Shown here one piece after another: positions 26,801-40,420 of a DNA stretch of 64,000 bases. Source of the DNA: Octopus sinensis (taxonomy: Eukaryota); assembly GCF_006345805.1 (NCBI RefSeq), contig NC_042999.1:23622001-23686000 (forward strand), in the 5' to 3' direction. The position numbers and the translations under genes are program-made. Under the pieces are notes generated by a model. It saw only the letters and a list, made by a program, of their open reading frames with translations. It was not told where the DNA came from and made no database searches. Each line of letters opens with the position of its first letter. Position 1 is the first letter of the stretch.

Positions 26801-27713
26801 GGCGAAGTTTCGCATGTCGTAGCTCAGATTTCCGTCGATTTCCGTAAAAAAACTTTTATTTTTTTACATAAGTAATGAGAGCGAAAGAGACTAAGAGGAA
26901 GCAATTTTATGACGAGGGAAGTTTGTCTTTGAAGTTACCGTCTAGGGGAAGCATTGATGTACATGTGTGTGTGTTTGATGGGGTGTGGAGACAGTATGTT
27001 GTGTAAGTGAAGTGCTTCTGTTAGTGTGTGCGAAGAGACAAGGAGAGTAATGTGTGAAAGAGAGAGATTAAACGATTTTTACCGGTGTATGGTATATGCA
27101 TGTAGTGTGTGTGTATGTATCTATGTATGTGGTGTGTGTAGTATGTGGTGTGTATGTATGTATGTATGCCGATTTATCGAATTTTTACTCGGTGTATGTG
27201 TATATGTCTGCATGTATGTGTGTGTGTGTATGTATCTGTGTATGTGTGTGTGTGTATGTATGTATGTGTGTATGTTGTATGGTCGATTCAGTGTAATTTT
27301 TTACTCGGTGTATGTGTATATGTATGTCTGCATGTATGTGGTTGTGTGTGTATGTATCTATGTGTGTGTAAGTATGTGTGTGTGTATGTATGTATGTATG
27401 TATTTGTTGTGTATGTACTATGTATGTGGTGTGTGTGTATGTATGTATTATGGCATTCATCGTAATTTTTACTCGGTGTATGTGTTATGTATGTCTGTCT
27501 CTTCGCACACTAACAGAAGCACTTCACTTACACACATACTGTCTGGTCTCCCACACCCCATCAAACACACACAGCCGACTTCAAAGTGAAACCTTCTCGT
27601 CGTAAAATCGCTTCCTCTTAGTCTCTTTCGCTCTCATTACTTATGTAAAAAAATAAAAGTTTTTTACGGAAATCGACGGAATCTGTGCTACTACAATACA
27701 CCGCAACTATGCC
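26801..27713. mobile_element. Divergent, internally expanded relative of the same MITE
   Basis: GGC...GCC ends, shared sub-terminal CCGTCGATTTCCGTAAAAA and internal AGTAATGAGAGCGAAAGAGACTAAGAG blocks. The interior is expanded by repeats of aatttttactcggtgtatgtg plus microsatellite. Confidence 0.7.
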
Positions 27714-27783
27714 ATATATATATAGATACGTACATCTACATATACATACATATATATATATACGTACATATACATATACATAC

Positions 27784-27814
<31 letters not shown>

Positions 27815-27905
27815 CATACTATATATATAATACATATATATATACTTACATTTATATATTATACATACATATATATATACATACATACATACATACATAC
27901 ATACA

Positions 27906-27941
<36 letters not shown>

Positions 27942-28424
27942 TACATACATACGGGGTCGATTAAATAAGTACTAGTTAGGCACTGGAGTCGGTATAATCG
28001 ACTTAATCCCTTTGTCTGCCCTTGTTTGTCCCCTGTATGTTTTAGCCCCCGTGGTCAATAAAGAAATAAATAATATTTAATTGTTTCCAATATAGACTGC
28101 CACAAGGCCCTGACATTTGAGGGTGGAGACAAGTTGATCGATTGTACATCGATCGATCCCAGTGCTTAACTGCAACTCGTTTCGATTTTTCGTTGATATT
28201 GAAAGGATGAAAAAAGGCAAAGCCGACCTCGCCGGAATTTGAACTCAGAACGTTAAACACCCCAAAGTCAAATCTTGTCCGAGTTTTCTAATGATTCAGC
28301 CAAATCCGAATGACGATTGTTCATTCATTTATATTCGCCTCCAGGATTCATTTCCCGGGAAAAAAAAGTTGTAAAGAATGGAATTAGGAAAATGTTACTT
28401 AAAGCAACGACTAGTAGTGCGTGC

Positions 28425-28505
<81 letters not shown>

Positions 28506-29463
28506 GATTGTTTGTTGTGTGTGTATATAAATATAATGTATGTATTATATGCATCTTTTAAGTAGAAAGATTAGCCAAAACTTTTTGACTGCTATTTCTA
28601 AATTCGGTGTGTGGTGAGGCAAATCGTTGCTAAACCCTTAATTACTTAGTATTACTTAAACCTTCCTTGAATGGGGCTTTTACATGCCGAACTCTACTTG
28701 GTGAAATTAATGATTATTTCTAAATTAATTAATTTCACCCTTTATTATTGATAATGTATATATATATATATATAAATGTACATGTATGTATATATTATTG
28801 TATGTATATATGTATTTGTATATATTACATGTATATCTATATATATATATATACATACAACATGTATATATCTATATGTATAATTTTTATGTATATATAT
28901 ATATATAAATATATTAGATGTATTATATGTATATGTAAGTATAATATATATATATATATATTTATGTGCATATGTATGTAATGTGTATGTGTATATAGTT
29001 GAAATTTATAGAAAAACAAAAGATGAAGGAAGGTGTATGTACAAGCAGGTATTTAGTTTAGAATAATATACAAACGTGTATATATTTGCGAGTAATATAT
29101 ACATACGTGAGTGTGTATAAATGTAAATATATATAATATATAATTTAGAGAAAAACCTCTATTAAACAATTCAATAATTAAAGATGTTATTCACACTATA
29201 TAGAAAACATATACTATAAAAAAACTTCTTCTAAAAATTAATAAAGTACAATAAATAGTAAATAGTAGTATAAATAGTAGTTTATTTATTGTAATTTTTT
29301 TTTTTATAGTATATGTTTTCTATATGGTGTGAATAACATATATATATATATATTTTAATTTATTTTATAGAAGGAGCTTCTACAAGACTAGAACTGTTTC
29401 ATTGAGTACCTTATTTACTGTGGTTAACCCGACTCAACCCGGGACCTACATATATATATATAG

Positions 29464-29521
<58 letters not shown>

Positions 29522-31289
29522 TATTATATACATACGTACATATGCATACATATATGTGCATATACAGCCGTTGTTCTAACCAATAACTGATAGTGTCTAT
29601 ATGTGTATGTGTGTGTGTATGTATGTATGTATGTATATGTGTGTGTGTGTGTGTGTGTGGTATATATATGAATATATATATATATATACACGCATCTATA
29701 CATAATACATATATGAAAATTTATACATACATGTACATGTTGTTTGTAAGTATCTTTCTATGTGTATGTATGTCTGTGTGCATGTATGCGTATGCATATA
29801 ATTCTTTTATTGTTTTACTTGTTTCAGTCATTTGACTGAGGCCATACTGGAGCACCGCCTTTAGTCGAACAAATGAACCACAGGATTTATTTTTTGTAAA
29901 TCAATTACTTATTCTATCGGTATCTTTTGTTGAACCGCCAAGTTACAGGGGTAAACACACCAACATCGGTATCTGTGTGTGTGTGTGTGTATATATATAT
30001 ATACACACACACACACATATATATTTATATGCACACACACACACACACTTCGTTTTACGATTTGGTTTGCAAGATTCTTCATGTGAGTTCGTGTGTTGTA
30101 GCATATTTTGTTGTGTCTGGGGAGAGTCATTCTCTTTATAACTATTTAGCACACTCACTGGTAAAGTTTCCACTCATTTTAAAAATTTTTCCTAAGGGTT
30201 GCAAGACGAAACGAATATATATATATATATATATATATACAACAATGCACACACACAAACACGACGGGCTTTTTTCAGTTACCGTTTACCAAACCCACTC
30301 ATCAGGCTTTGGTCGACTCGAGGCTATATAGTAGAAGACACTTTCCCAAGATGCTACGAGGCAGTACCGTCCAGTGTCCCACCCAGCTTTCTTTAGCGAC
30401 GGGCATGGTCCGCCCGACGGTTAAACCTCTGGCCACTGCTGGTACTAATTTGAGTGAAGCTGCAACAGCATAAGAAGGAAAGTAGATGCCTTGTTCGAAG
30501 ACAATGCAATCAACCTGTTCGGGTATCGAACCCACGATTGTACAATCCTGTGCCTAATAATTTCTCTATCACTAAGCCACCCGCCGTCACGGGCGTGGAA
30601 TAACAGGTGAAAAAATAAGAAACGTTGGCATGCCGGGCGAAATGCGTAGCAGGTATTTCGTCTGTCTTTATGTTCTGAGTTCAAATTCCGCCGAGGTCGA
30701 CTTTGCCTTTCATCCTTTCGGGGTCGATAAATTAAGTACCAGTTATGCACTGGGGTCGATGTAATCGACTTAATACCTATGTCTGTCCTTGTTTGTCCCC
30801 TCTGTGTTTAGCCCCTTGTGGGTAATAAAGAAATAGGTATTTCGTCTGTCTTTATGTTCTGAGTTCAAATTCCGCCGAGGTCGACTTTGTCTTTCATCCT
30901 TTCGGGGTCGATAAGTTAAGTACCAATTGCTTACTGGGGTCGATCTAATCTACTGACCCCCTCCCCCAAAATTTCGGGCCTGGTTATGCTGCTTGCGCTC
31001 GTCCTTCTCTCAGTTATCTGGCCCCTCATGAAAAATGGTTTGGTGACCCCTGCTTTATAGTTAGCATATTATGGTTGCATAACGAAATATCATGAACGTA
31101 CGAATCATTAATATTAGCTTACTAGCTTCCAGAAAAAAATACAAGGGTACTCATGACGAAGAGTGGATCAGCGCTAGTCATTCAGAAAAGTGAAAATAAA
31201 ACAAATTTTAAAACTGAAATAAAATATTATTCAAAAATAAACCATTCCGAAAGACGTTTTTAGAATGTTCTGAAAACATTCATCTCCAG

Positions 31290-31775
31290 CTTTCCCCATG
31301 TCCCCACCCACCAAGAAACCTATCAAGATGGGTGGGATTCAATCATATTTGTATGTACTCCAATCATACTCTTGGATTTGCTTTTTGGCATTTTTCGAGT
31401 AACATTCAACTGAACTGGTATGCACGTTAGTTACTGGATCCACAAAGTTTTCTTTAGGATTCGATTCATTTTGAAATAGGAATACCGTGGTTCGACATCA
31501 ATTTCAGCTATTCCATTGCATCCATTCCAACAATCGGAATGGATATTTGTTCCTGGTTTTATATACTTTCTGATAAGGGGGAGCAGAGTTTTGGAGGAAC
31601 GATCGTTCGCAAATACTAAAAATCTATATTTCATCTTCTCTGTCCCATTCTCCAAACATCCACCCACCTCTCCCGTGGTTTTCTGCTTCTTTTATAATTC
31701 TTTTTGTACGTCAATGACTCATCTATTGCGACAATATGCTCAAGTTCAACATCTCCTTTAGGGAAGAATATAAAC
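31290..31775 (-). mobile_element. Merlin/IS1595 (ISXO2-like) DDE transposase relic, frameshifted
   Basis: Across frames: HIVAIDES..KKNY.RSR....WV; DRSSKTLLPLIRKYIKPGTNIHSDCW; ENFVDPVTNVHTSSVE. Together these give the D-D-E triad context. The 5' side abuts a SINE. Confidence 0.8.
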
Positions 31776-32168
31776 GTAAAAACGTCGCCTTTTTCAAACC
31801 TAGCCAGGCCCATGGGCCCGGCTTCAGGGTTTCTGTGGCGTATGTGTTCACCCCAGCTAGACGGGACGCCAGTCTATCTCAGCGTTACTCAAGAAGCAGG
31901 AAGAGAAGAGTGAGAGAAAGTTGTGGCGAAAGAGTACAACAGGGTGTCACCACCACCCCCTGCCGGAGCATCGTGGAGCTTTTGGGTGTTTTCGCTCAAT
32001 AAACATAAAAACGCCCGCTCCGGGAATCGAAACCGCGAGTCCGCTGCCCTAACCATTGAGCCTTTGCACCTCCACAGAGATGAATATGTAGCATCAAAAC
32101 TCAATGTATGGCAAAATATCATCAACATTTAAACATTTCAGAAAGTGTTATTTTTTTATATATGAGGG

Positions 32169-32268
32169 NNNNNNNNNNNNNNNNNNNNNNNNNNNNNNNN
32201 NNNNNNNNNNNNNNNNNNNNNNNNNNNNNNNNNNNNNNNNNNNNNNNNNNNNNNNNNNNNNNNNNNNN
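32169..32268. other. Assembly gap (100 N)
   Basis: Run of exactly 100 N. EGF-unit intron sequence starts immediately after it. Confidence 0.98.
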
Positions 32269-32476
32269 TACATATCTGAAATCATTCTTCTTTTTCATGC
32301 TGTAAGAGAGGGAGAAATAGGGGGAGAAAAACAAAACATAAAGAGTCAGAAGTAAAAATGGAAAATACGAAAACACAATTAAGGGGGCATTAATAAATGG
32401 AGATCCCACTGTTATTGCATTGTAAAAATACATAAGACTGTGCAATAGGACTTTTATTTGTTCTTTTATGCGTTAG

Positions 32477-32587
32477 TTAATCCATGCCATAGCAGACCTT
32501 GCAAGAACGGTGGCGTATGTATTGGAAGAGGGCGGAGCTTCAGCTGTAAATGCCGACCTGGATATAGCGGACGAAACTGTCATGCAT
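32477..32587 (+). CDS. EGF exon 1 of cationic EGF-array/vWA gene
   Basis: tag|TT AAT CCA TGC...GCA T|GTGAGT, 111 bp, phase 1-1, NPCHSRPCKNGGVCIGRGRSFSCKCRPGYSGRNCHA with six EGF cysteines. Confidence 0.85.
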
Positions 32588-33324
32588 GTGAGTATAGCAT
32601 TGCAAAACTATTATATTTTATAGCTATAGATTAAGGATACTTTTACAAGTGCAGAAGGAGCTGCAAGGGAGCTGAGGTAGAAACTTCATTTATTTATGAA
32701 GAGGAATGTGATTGGATGAATGGTTTCGTGTAAGTAATAAGAGGATACAGCTTTGGGAGTCATTTAGATGTTATGTTGAACAACAACAACAAACACACAT
32801 ACACACACACACACTCTCTCTCTCACACACACTCTCTCTCTCACACACACTCACCTACAAACATACACATACACACACCTACAAACACACACACATACAC
32901 ACACATGCACGAACGAAACCCCCTACATTCATATTTGCATATATATATATTCATACAGATACACAGATATACATACATACATTCATACATATATACATAC
33001 ATATATATATATGTGTGTGTGTATGTATTTATATATGTGTGTGTGTGCCTATATCTGACCGCCACCACCATTGCCCGACAACCGATTTTGGAGTGTTTAC
33101 ATCCCCGTAACTTAGCGGTTCAGCAAAATTTACTAGTTAAAATAAGTACTAGGCTTACTACGAGTAAATCTTGGGTCAATGTCTTCCACAAAATCACTTT
33201 AAGGCAGCGCTCCAGCATGTCCGCAGACTGAAACAATAAAAGAATAATGTTTTATGCTTAACATTTCCGAAATCTTTATTTTTCATGCTGTGAGGGAGAA
33301 ATAGGGAAGACAAAACAAAATCAC

Positions 33325-33367
<43 letters not shown>

Positions 33368-33495
33368 AGCAAAAATGTTAAATAAGTAAAGACAATTAAT
33401 GGGGTGTTAATAAAAGGAAATGCCACGCTATTAATGCATTGTAAAAATACAGAAGACTGTGAATTAAGAATTTTATTTGTTCTTTTATGCGCCAG

Positions 33496-33606
33496 TTAAT
33501 CCATGCCATAGCAGACCTTGCAAGAACGGTGGCGTATGTATTGGAAGAGGACGGAGCTTCAGCTGTAAATGCCGACCTGGATATAGCGGACGACACTGTC
33601 ATGCAT
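33496..33606 (+). CDS. EGF exon 2
   Basis: cag acceptor, GTGAGT donor, 111 bp, near-identical to exon 1 (GRHCHA). Confidence 0.85.
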
Positions 33607-34032
33607 GTGAGTATAGCATTGCAAAACTATCATATTTTATAGCTATAGATTAAGGATACTTTTACAGGTGCAGAAGTATTGCAAAGGAGGTGAGGTAGAA
33701 GCTTCAGTTACGTATGAAAACGATGTGACTGGATGAAAGGTTTTATGTAAGTAATATCAGGGTACAACTTTGGAAATCCTTTCGATGTTATGTTGAACAA
33801 TAGCAACAAACACACGTCCAAACACACACACACACATACACACACGCACGCACGTACGACCCCCCACATTGAAATAGGGAAGACATAAGAAAAACAAAGA
33901 GTGAGAGAGAAAAATGGAAAATAGGTAAGGACAATTAATGGGGTGTTAATAAAAGGAAACCCCACTGTTATTGCATTGTAAAAATACATAAGACTGTGCA
34001 ATAGGACTCTTATTTGTTCTTTTATGCGCTAG

Positions 34033-34143
34033 TTAATCCATGCCATAAGAGACCTTGCAAGAACGGTGGCGTATGTATTGGAAGAGGACGGAGCTTCAGC
34101 TGTAAATGCCGACCTGGATATAGCGGACGACACTGTCATGCAT
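34033..34143 (+). CDS. EGF exon 3
   Basis: tag/GTGAGT, 111 bp, NPCHKRPC...GRHCHA. Confidence 0.85.
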
Positions 34144-34795
34144 GTGAGTATAGCATTGGAAAGAATCATATTTTATAGCTATAGATTAAGGATACTTTTA
34201 CAAGGGAAGAAGGAGTTGCAAAGGAGGTGAGGTAGAAGTTTCATTTATGTATGAAAATGAGTGTGATTGGACGAATGGCTTCGTGTAAGTAATATGAGGG
34301 TACAATTTTGGAAATCTTTTGGATGTTATGCTGAACAATAACGAAGACACGTCGAAGCACAAACACATATACACACGCACGCACGTACGACCCCCCACAT
34401 TGATATTTACATATATGAATATTCATGCACAAATATATAAATGCATATAATATATATATATATATATACATATAGTAAGGAAAAATTTTTTAAAATGCAG
34501 AATGCTCAAATGAAAGAAATTTTAATAAAAATGAGAAATTGAGAAATATATAAATATATAATCAATTTCTCATTTTATTAAATTTTTCTTTCATTTGAGC
34601 ATTCTGCATTTTTAAAAAAATTTCCTTACTTATCATTTCTCCACGTGCGGTCAACACAACCCACCATTTATTGATCTATATATATAATATATATTATATT
34701 ATATATATATATATATATTATATATATATAAATTTATATACATATTTAAATTATATATATATTATATATATATAATATATAATATATATATATAT

Positions 34796-34837
<42 letters not shown>

Positions 34838-34847
34838 TTAAATATAT

Positions 34848-34879
<32 letters not shown>

Positions 34880-34944
34880 CATATTTAAATATATATATAT
34901 ATTATATATATATATAATATTTAAATATATATATATGTATTATT

Positions 34945-37900
34945 GCCCAAAAATGGAAGATCCCATATATAGAGAGTTGGCTTGCCGAAATGGCACATTG
35001 CTTCCCTTTCTTTATCCTTACCGAGACTCACCTGAAACAACACCCATATGGACGCAGAGGTGAAAATAAAAGATTTCACCATTGTTCGTGCGGATCGCAC
35101 AGACCGAAATAAGGGAGGGACAGCCATCTTTATCCATGACGCTTTTCACTTGATGCCAAGGACACATTTCCAATGGCTACTGTGAATCGGTATCAGTTAT
35201 ACACCAAAGACAAGGACATAACCATTGTTGGTCTTTACAGGCCTCCCCAGGCACCTCTAAAGTACTTTGAAGAGTGCCTTAGCAAAGTCAAGTCCTTCTT
35301 CGGAAGTACACTCCGGAAACATAATAGTGATGGGTGATTTTAACCTCCCTCATGTGAACTGGCCCACAAATACTCCGAAGTTAGGCAAGTGCTCTACATC
35401 AGATAGGCAGCAGCAGAACTGCTCTTTAATCTGATGGATGAGTATTTCCTGACTCAGCTAGTGCTTGAACCAACGAGACAGAATAAAACGATCTTGGATC
35501 TGGTACTGACCAATCACTCTAGCTACGTTCACAGCATTTCAGTCGAAAAACTCTCCTCTCAGACCACGACATGGTACTCTGCAATCTTAATTCCCGACGT
35601 ATAAAAACAAACCAGCCAATCCCACTCCATGGCACCCATTTGACAACATAAATTTCCACAAAGCGGACTGGGGAACAATCAGAAAGGATCTGTCTTCCAT
35701 CGACTGGTCTTTTACTCTCAATTCCCCTCATATTGAGACCGCGTGGCAGCACTTTGAAACCTTGTCACCGACACATGCTCTAAACACGCTCCCAAGAAAT
35801 CTACTAACACAACAGAACCGGCTCCCTAAAAAGAAAAAAAACACTCATCAGGCGCATCAAAAGACTCAACAAAAAATCAACCAATTAAAATATTCCCACA
35901 CGCAACACCCACATTCAACAACAATGAAAAGACTAGAGCTGGAAAAACTTCATCTGCAGACTAACATGAAAACCTCCATTGAAAATCAAAGAGCTGTGGA
36001 GGAACAATGGGTAATCAAAAACATCAAACAGAACCCAAAAGTGTTCTATTCCTATGCAAATAAGCATAGAACCACTGTCTCACCTATTGGGCCATTGATT
36101 GATGAAAACGGCATTCCCCAACACGATGCTAAAGAAATGGCAGAAATACTGCAGAAACAATATTGCTCTGTCTTCAGTGTTCCCACTGATATTGATGTGA
36201 GGGAAACGAACGAAGCTGACTCCCAACACAAAATCGCAGACATAACCTTCACTGCCACCGACATCGTAGCAGCAATAAATGAGGTCAAACATTACTCTGC
36301 TGTAGGCCCTGATAGATTTCCCGCCAGTCTCCTGAAGGAATGTAGATATCAACTTGCAGTCCCTCTGACCAACCTCTGGAGAAACTCGTTTAGACGCAGG
36401 TTATATACCGAAAAAGTTTCTATCCAGTCGGTCATCCCGGTTTTCAAACAGGAAACAGATCCCTCGCAGTCAACTATCGCCCAATCTCACTCACCTCCCA
36501 CATCATTAAAGTGTTTGAAAGAGTGTTAAGATCAAGGATAGCTGACTTCCTGGAGACCCACAAACTCCTAAATTCAAATCAGCATGGCTTTCGCTGTGGC
36601 AGGGACTGTCTAACACAAGCTCTTAACCACATTGAAGATGTACTCAAAGCCTGGGAACAGGTTCGAACTCTGACGTCATATACCTTGACTTCAGTAAAGC
36701 GTTCGACAGGGTAGACCATAACATCCTACTCTCAAAATTGGCAAATGTTGGAATCCGTGGAAAAGTTCTACACTGGATTCAGTATTTCCTAGCGAATAGA
36801 ACACAACATGTTGTAGTTGATGGAGTCCACTCAACCCAGCAAAAGTCACCAGCGGTGTTCCCCAGGGAACTGTTTTGGGTCCGCTACTCTTCATAATTTA
36901 TGTAAACGACCTTTCCAGTGTCGTACATCACTGCAAAGTGAAAATATTCGCTGATGACACTAAGCTCCAGCAAATCGTCAATGAAGAAGCAGACCGAACT
37001 CAACTCCAGTCTGACCTATATGCTGTGAGTCAATGGGCAGACAGAACAAAATGCAACTGAATCAGGGAAAATTTGAGCTGATGCATTTTGGAAGAAATTC
37101 CTCACTAAAACAACCATACTCTCTTCCTTCAGGGAACCGCTCACAGCCTCTAACAATATCAAGACCTGGGTGTAATTGTTGATGACGATCTCAGTTGGAG
37201 TGCACACATCACAAGAAGGTCGATACAGCTCGTAGGATGAGTTCCTGGATCTAAGAACTTTCCGGTCCAGAGAACAAGGTGTCATCATACCACTTTTTTC
37301 ATCCTTTGTACGGCCACACCTGAATACTGCTGCCCACTGTGGTCTCCTCACACAAGACAAAACATCTCCAGAATTGAGTCACCCCAGAGGGCTCTCACTA
37401 AACAAATTGAAGGCATGGCTGCTCTCGACTATTGGGATCGCCTTAAAGCCTTGAAACTTTACTCCCTCCAGCGTCGCCGTGAGCGGTACATCATTTGTAC
37501 GATGTGGAAAATATACCGCCAACTTTGCCCAAACGACCTAAACATTAGCTTCAAGGTTCATCCGAGACTTGGACCACGGGCTATACGTCCCCTGCCAAAT
37601 TCAAGATCACAACATACATGTACACTGCAACATAATTTCTTTTCCTCAACAGGCCCTGCCCTATTTAACATTGTCCCGAGGGAGATCAAAGAGGAAAAGG
37701 ATCCATCAACTTCAAACAGAGTCTGGATAGATTCCTTCAAAGAATACCAGACAAGCCACCCATAATTGGATACAACTCACCCAACAAGAACTCACTACTT
37801 GAACAAAACTGGATACAACTCACCCAACAAGAACTCATACTTGAACAAAACTTGACTTAAACAGGATTCGTATAATCCTATCAGGTGGTGCTATTAAGTT

Positions 37901-37953
37901 AGACATGCCTGGACACCATCTCTGGTCGAAACATATCTAAGTTTATCTAAGTT

Positions 37954-37955
<2 letters not shown>
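34945..37955 (+). mobile_element. CR1/L2-group LINE ORF2 (endonuclease + RT), frameshifted, in EGF intron 3
   Basis: EN-like ILTETHL/DRTDRNKGGTAI; [32 protein letters not shown]; C-terminal LYSLQRRRER; tail TCTAAGTTTA x2; inserted in a (TA)n tract. Confidence 0.88.
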
Positions 37956-38025
<70 letters not shown>

Positions 38026-38088
38026 CATACATATATAATTATATATAGATATATATATTATATATATATATATATATAATACATATAG

Positions 38089-38147
<59 letters not shown>

Positions 38148-38639
38148 TATATAATATATATATATATATAAACCACTATGTGGCTGCGTGGTAAGAAGTT
38201 TGCTACGCAAGCATGTTGTATTAGGTTCAATCCCACTGCGTAGCACCTTCCGCAAATGTCTTCTACTATAGCCTCGGGCCAACTAAAGGCTTGCTTGCAG
38301 ATATGATAGACGGAAAATGAAAGAAGCCCGTTGTATATATATATATATGACTAAATCTGACCTCCCACTCTATCACCTGACAACCGATGTTGGAGTGTTT
38401 ACGTCCCGGTAACTTAGCGGTTCAGCAAAAGAAACAAAATAAAATAAGTACTATGCTTACACCGAGTAAGTCTTCGGGTCGGTTTCTTCTACTAAAACTC
38501 TTTAACGCGGTTCTCCAACATGTCCGCAGACTGAAACACTAAAAGAATAATGTTTTATGCTTAGCATTTACGAAATCTTTATTTTCCATGCTGTGAGGGA
38601 GAAATAGGGGAGACAAATAAAAATCATACAGAGAGAGAG

Positions 38640-38694
<55 letters not shown>

Positions 38695-38818
38695 CAAAAA
38701 TGGAAAATCATTTAAGACAATTAATGGGGCATTGATAAAAGGAAACCCTACTGTTATTGAATTGTAAAAATACATAAGATTGTGAAGTAGAACTCTTATT
38801 TGTTCTTTTATACGGTAG

Positions 38819-38929
38819 TTAATCCATGCCATACGAGACCTTGCAAGAACGGTGGCGTATGTATTGGAAGAGGGCGGAGCTTCAGCTGTAAATGCCGACC
38901 TGGATATAGCGGACGACACTGTCATGCAT
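38819..38929 (+). CDS. EGF exon 4
   Basis: tag/GTGAGT, 111 bp, NPCHTRPC...GRHCHA. Confidence 0.85.
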
Positions 38930-39679
38930 GTGAGTATAGCATTGAAAACTATCATATTTTATAGCTATAGATTAAGGATACTTTTACAGGTGCAGAATGA
39001 GCAGCAAAAGAGGTGAGGTAGAAACTTCATTTATGTATGAATATGATGTGACTGGATGAATGGCTTCGTGTAGGTCATACGAGGATACAGCTTTGGAAAT
39101 CATTTGGATGTTGTGTTGAACGATAACAACAAACACACACGCAGAAACACACACACACATACACACGTAGAAACATATAAGTATGCATACACGTATGAAC
39201 GCACGCACGAACCCACCATAGACAATGATATTTACATGTATAAATATTCATGAATAGACATATACATGCATATATATATATATATATATATATATTTCTT
39301 TACTACCCACAAGGGGCTAACCAGAGAGGACAGACAAAGGTTAAGTCGATTACATCGACCCCAGTGCGTAATTGGTACTTAATTTACCGACCCCGAAAGG
39401 ATGAAAGGCAAAGTGGACCTCGGCGGAATTTGAACCCAGAACGTAACGGCAGACGAAATACAGCTACGCATTTCGCCCGGCGTGCTAACGTTTCTGCCAG
39501 CTCGTGTGACTGCGTGGTAAGAAGTTTGCTTCCCAAGCATGTGGTATTAGGTTCAGTCCCACTGCGTGGCGCCTTCCGCAAGTCTCTGCAGCCTCGGGCC
39601 ATCAAAATCTTTGTGAGCAAATTTGTTAAACGGAAACTGAATAAAACCCGTTGTATATACGGTTCTAATACGTCCAAGT

Positions 39680-40420
39680 GCTGTTAGATCATGTGAACTC
39701 AATAAAGACATCCATACAGTCCACAATGGAAAAAGAAAAAGATAATCAGCTGGCATTCCTGGACGTATTAGTAACACGCACCAAGTATGGATTCATGACA
39801 TCCGTATACCTCAACTTCAATTCCCACCATCCATACAGTGTAAAGAGAGGGATTGCTCAGTGCCTAAAACATCGAGCAAAGAATATAAGTAGCGATCGTG
39901 ATACACCACGAAAAAATGATGAAGCTCAATAACGATCTGTTAAGCAACAACTACCCGAAAAGTATACTATCCACTCCAATTATGAAGAAGAGAGAAGACG
40001 AGGCCAAAAAACTGTCCACTCTCTGTGTATCCTATGTAGAAGGCCTCTCCGAAAAGATACAAAAGATATGCGGCCCGTATGACATCAGGACAGTATTGAA
40101 GAGTAATACAACACTTCGCAAATATCTTTTTCTCGTAAAACCACCATGCAGCTGTGGTAGGTTATACAAAGCCGAACATGCCACCCCCTCAAAATAAGGG
40201 TAAAGGAACACCGCAAAGCTGTGACACGAGTAGATGTTGATAAATAGGGTATAGCTGATCATGTATGGAACAAATGGAGACCACCTCCCCCTGTAGGATG
40301 AAGTTAAAATAATAGACTGAGAACATCACTGGAAAATATGAAAACTAAAAGAAGCAGCACATATGGTAGGACACAACAATCTCCTAAGCAGACCGAGTGC
40401 AGATTTGGGAAGCATATGGG
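39680..40420 (+). mobile_element. Penelope-like element fragment (RT C-terminus + GIY-YIG), degenerate
   Basis: TMEKEKDNQLAFLDVLV, YLNFNSHHP..VKRGI, LCVSYVEGLSEKIQKI, CSCGRLY..E, IRVKEHRKAV. Confidence 0.8.

Noticed and set aside
21242-27946. Long ORFs rich in Y/I/H/T/C/V/M (up to 395 aa)
   Set aside because: Translations of TA/CA microsatellites, which lack stop codons in several frames. No splice or domain evidence.
28260-32168. Search for a signal-peptide or first exon of the EGF gene
   Set aside because: No hydrophobic leader with a phase-1 donor could be supported. The region is SINE, microsatellite and transposase relic.
32640-32690. Conserved intronic block ...ttttacaagtgcagaaggagctgcaaaggaggtgag|gtagaag as a micro-exon in each unit
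   Set aside because: The acceptor AG is present in only some units, and length and frame vary. The conservation is explained by recent duplication.
38539-38955. Recurrent minus-strand ORF MTVSSAISRSAFTAEAPSSSNTYATVLARS
   Set aside because: It is the antisense reading of the EGF exons.
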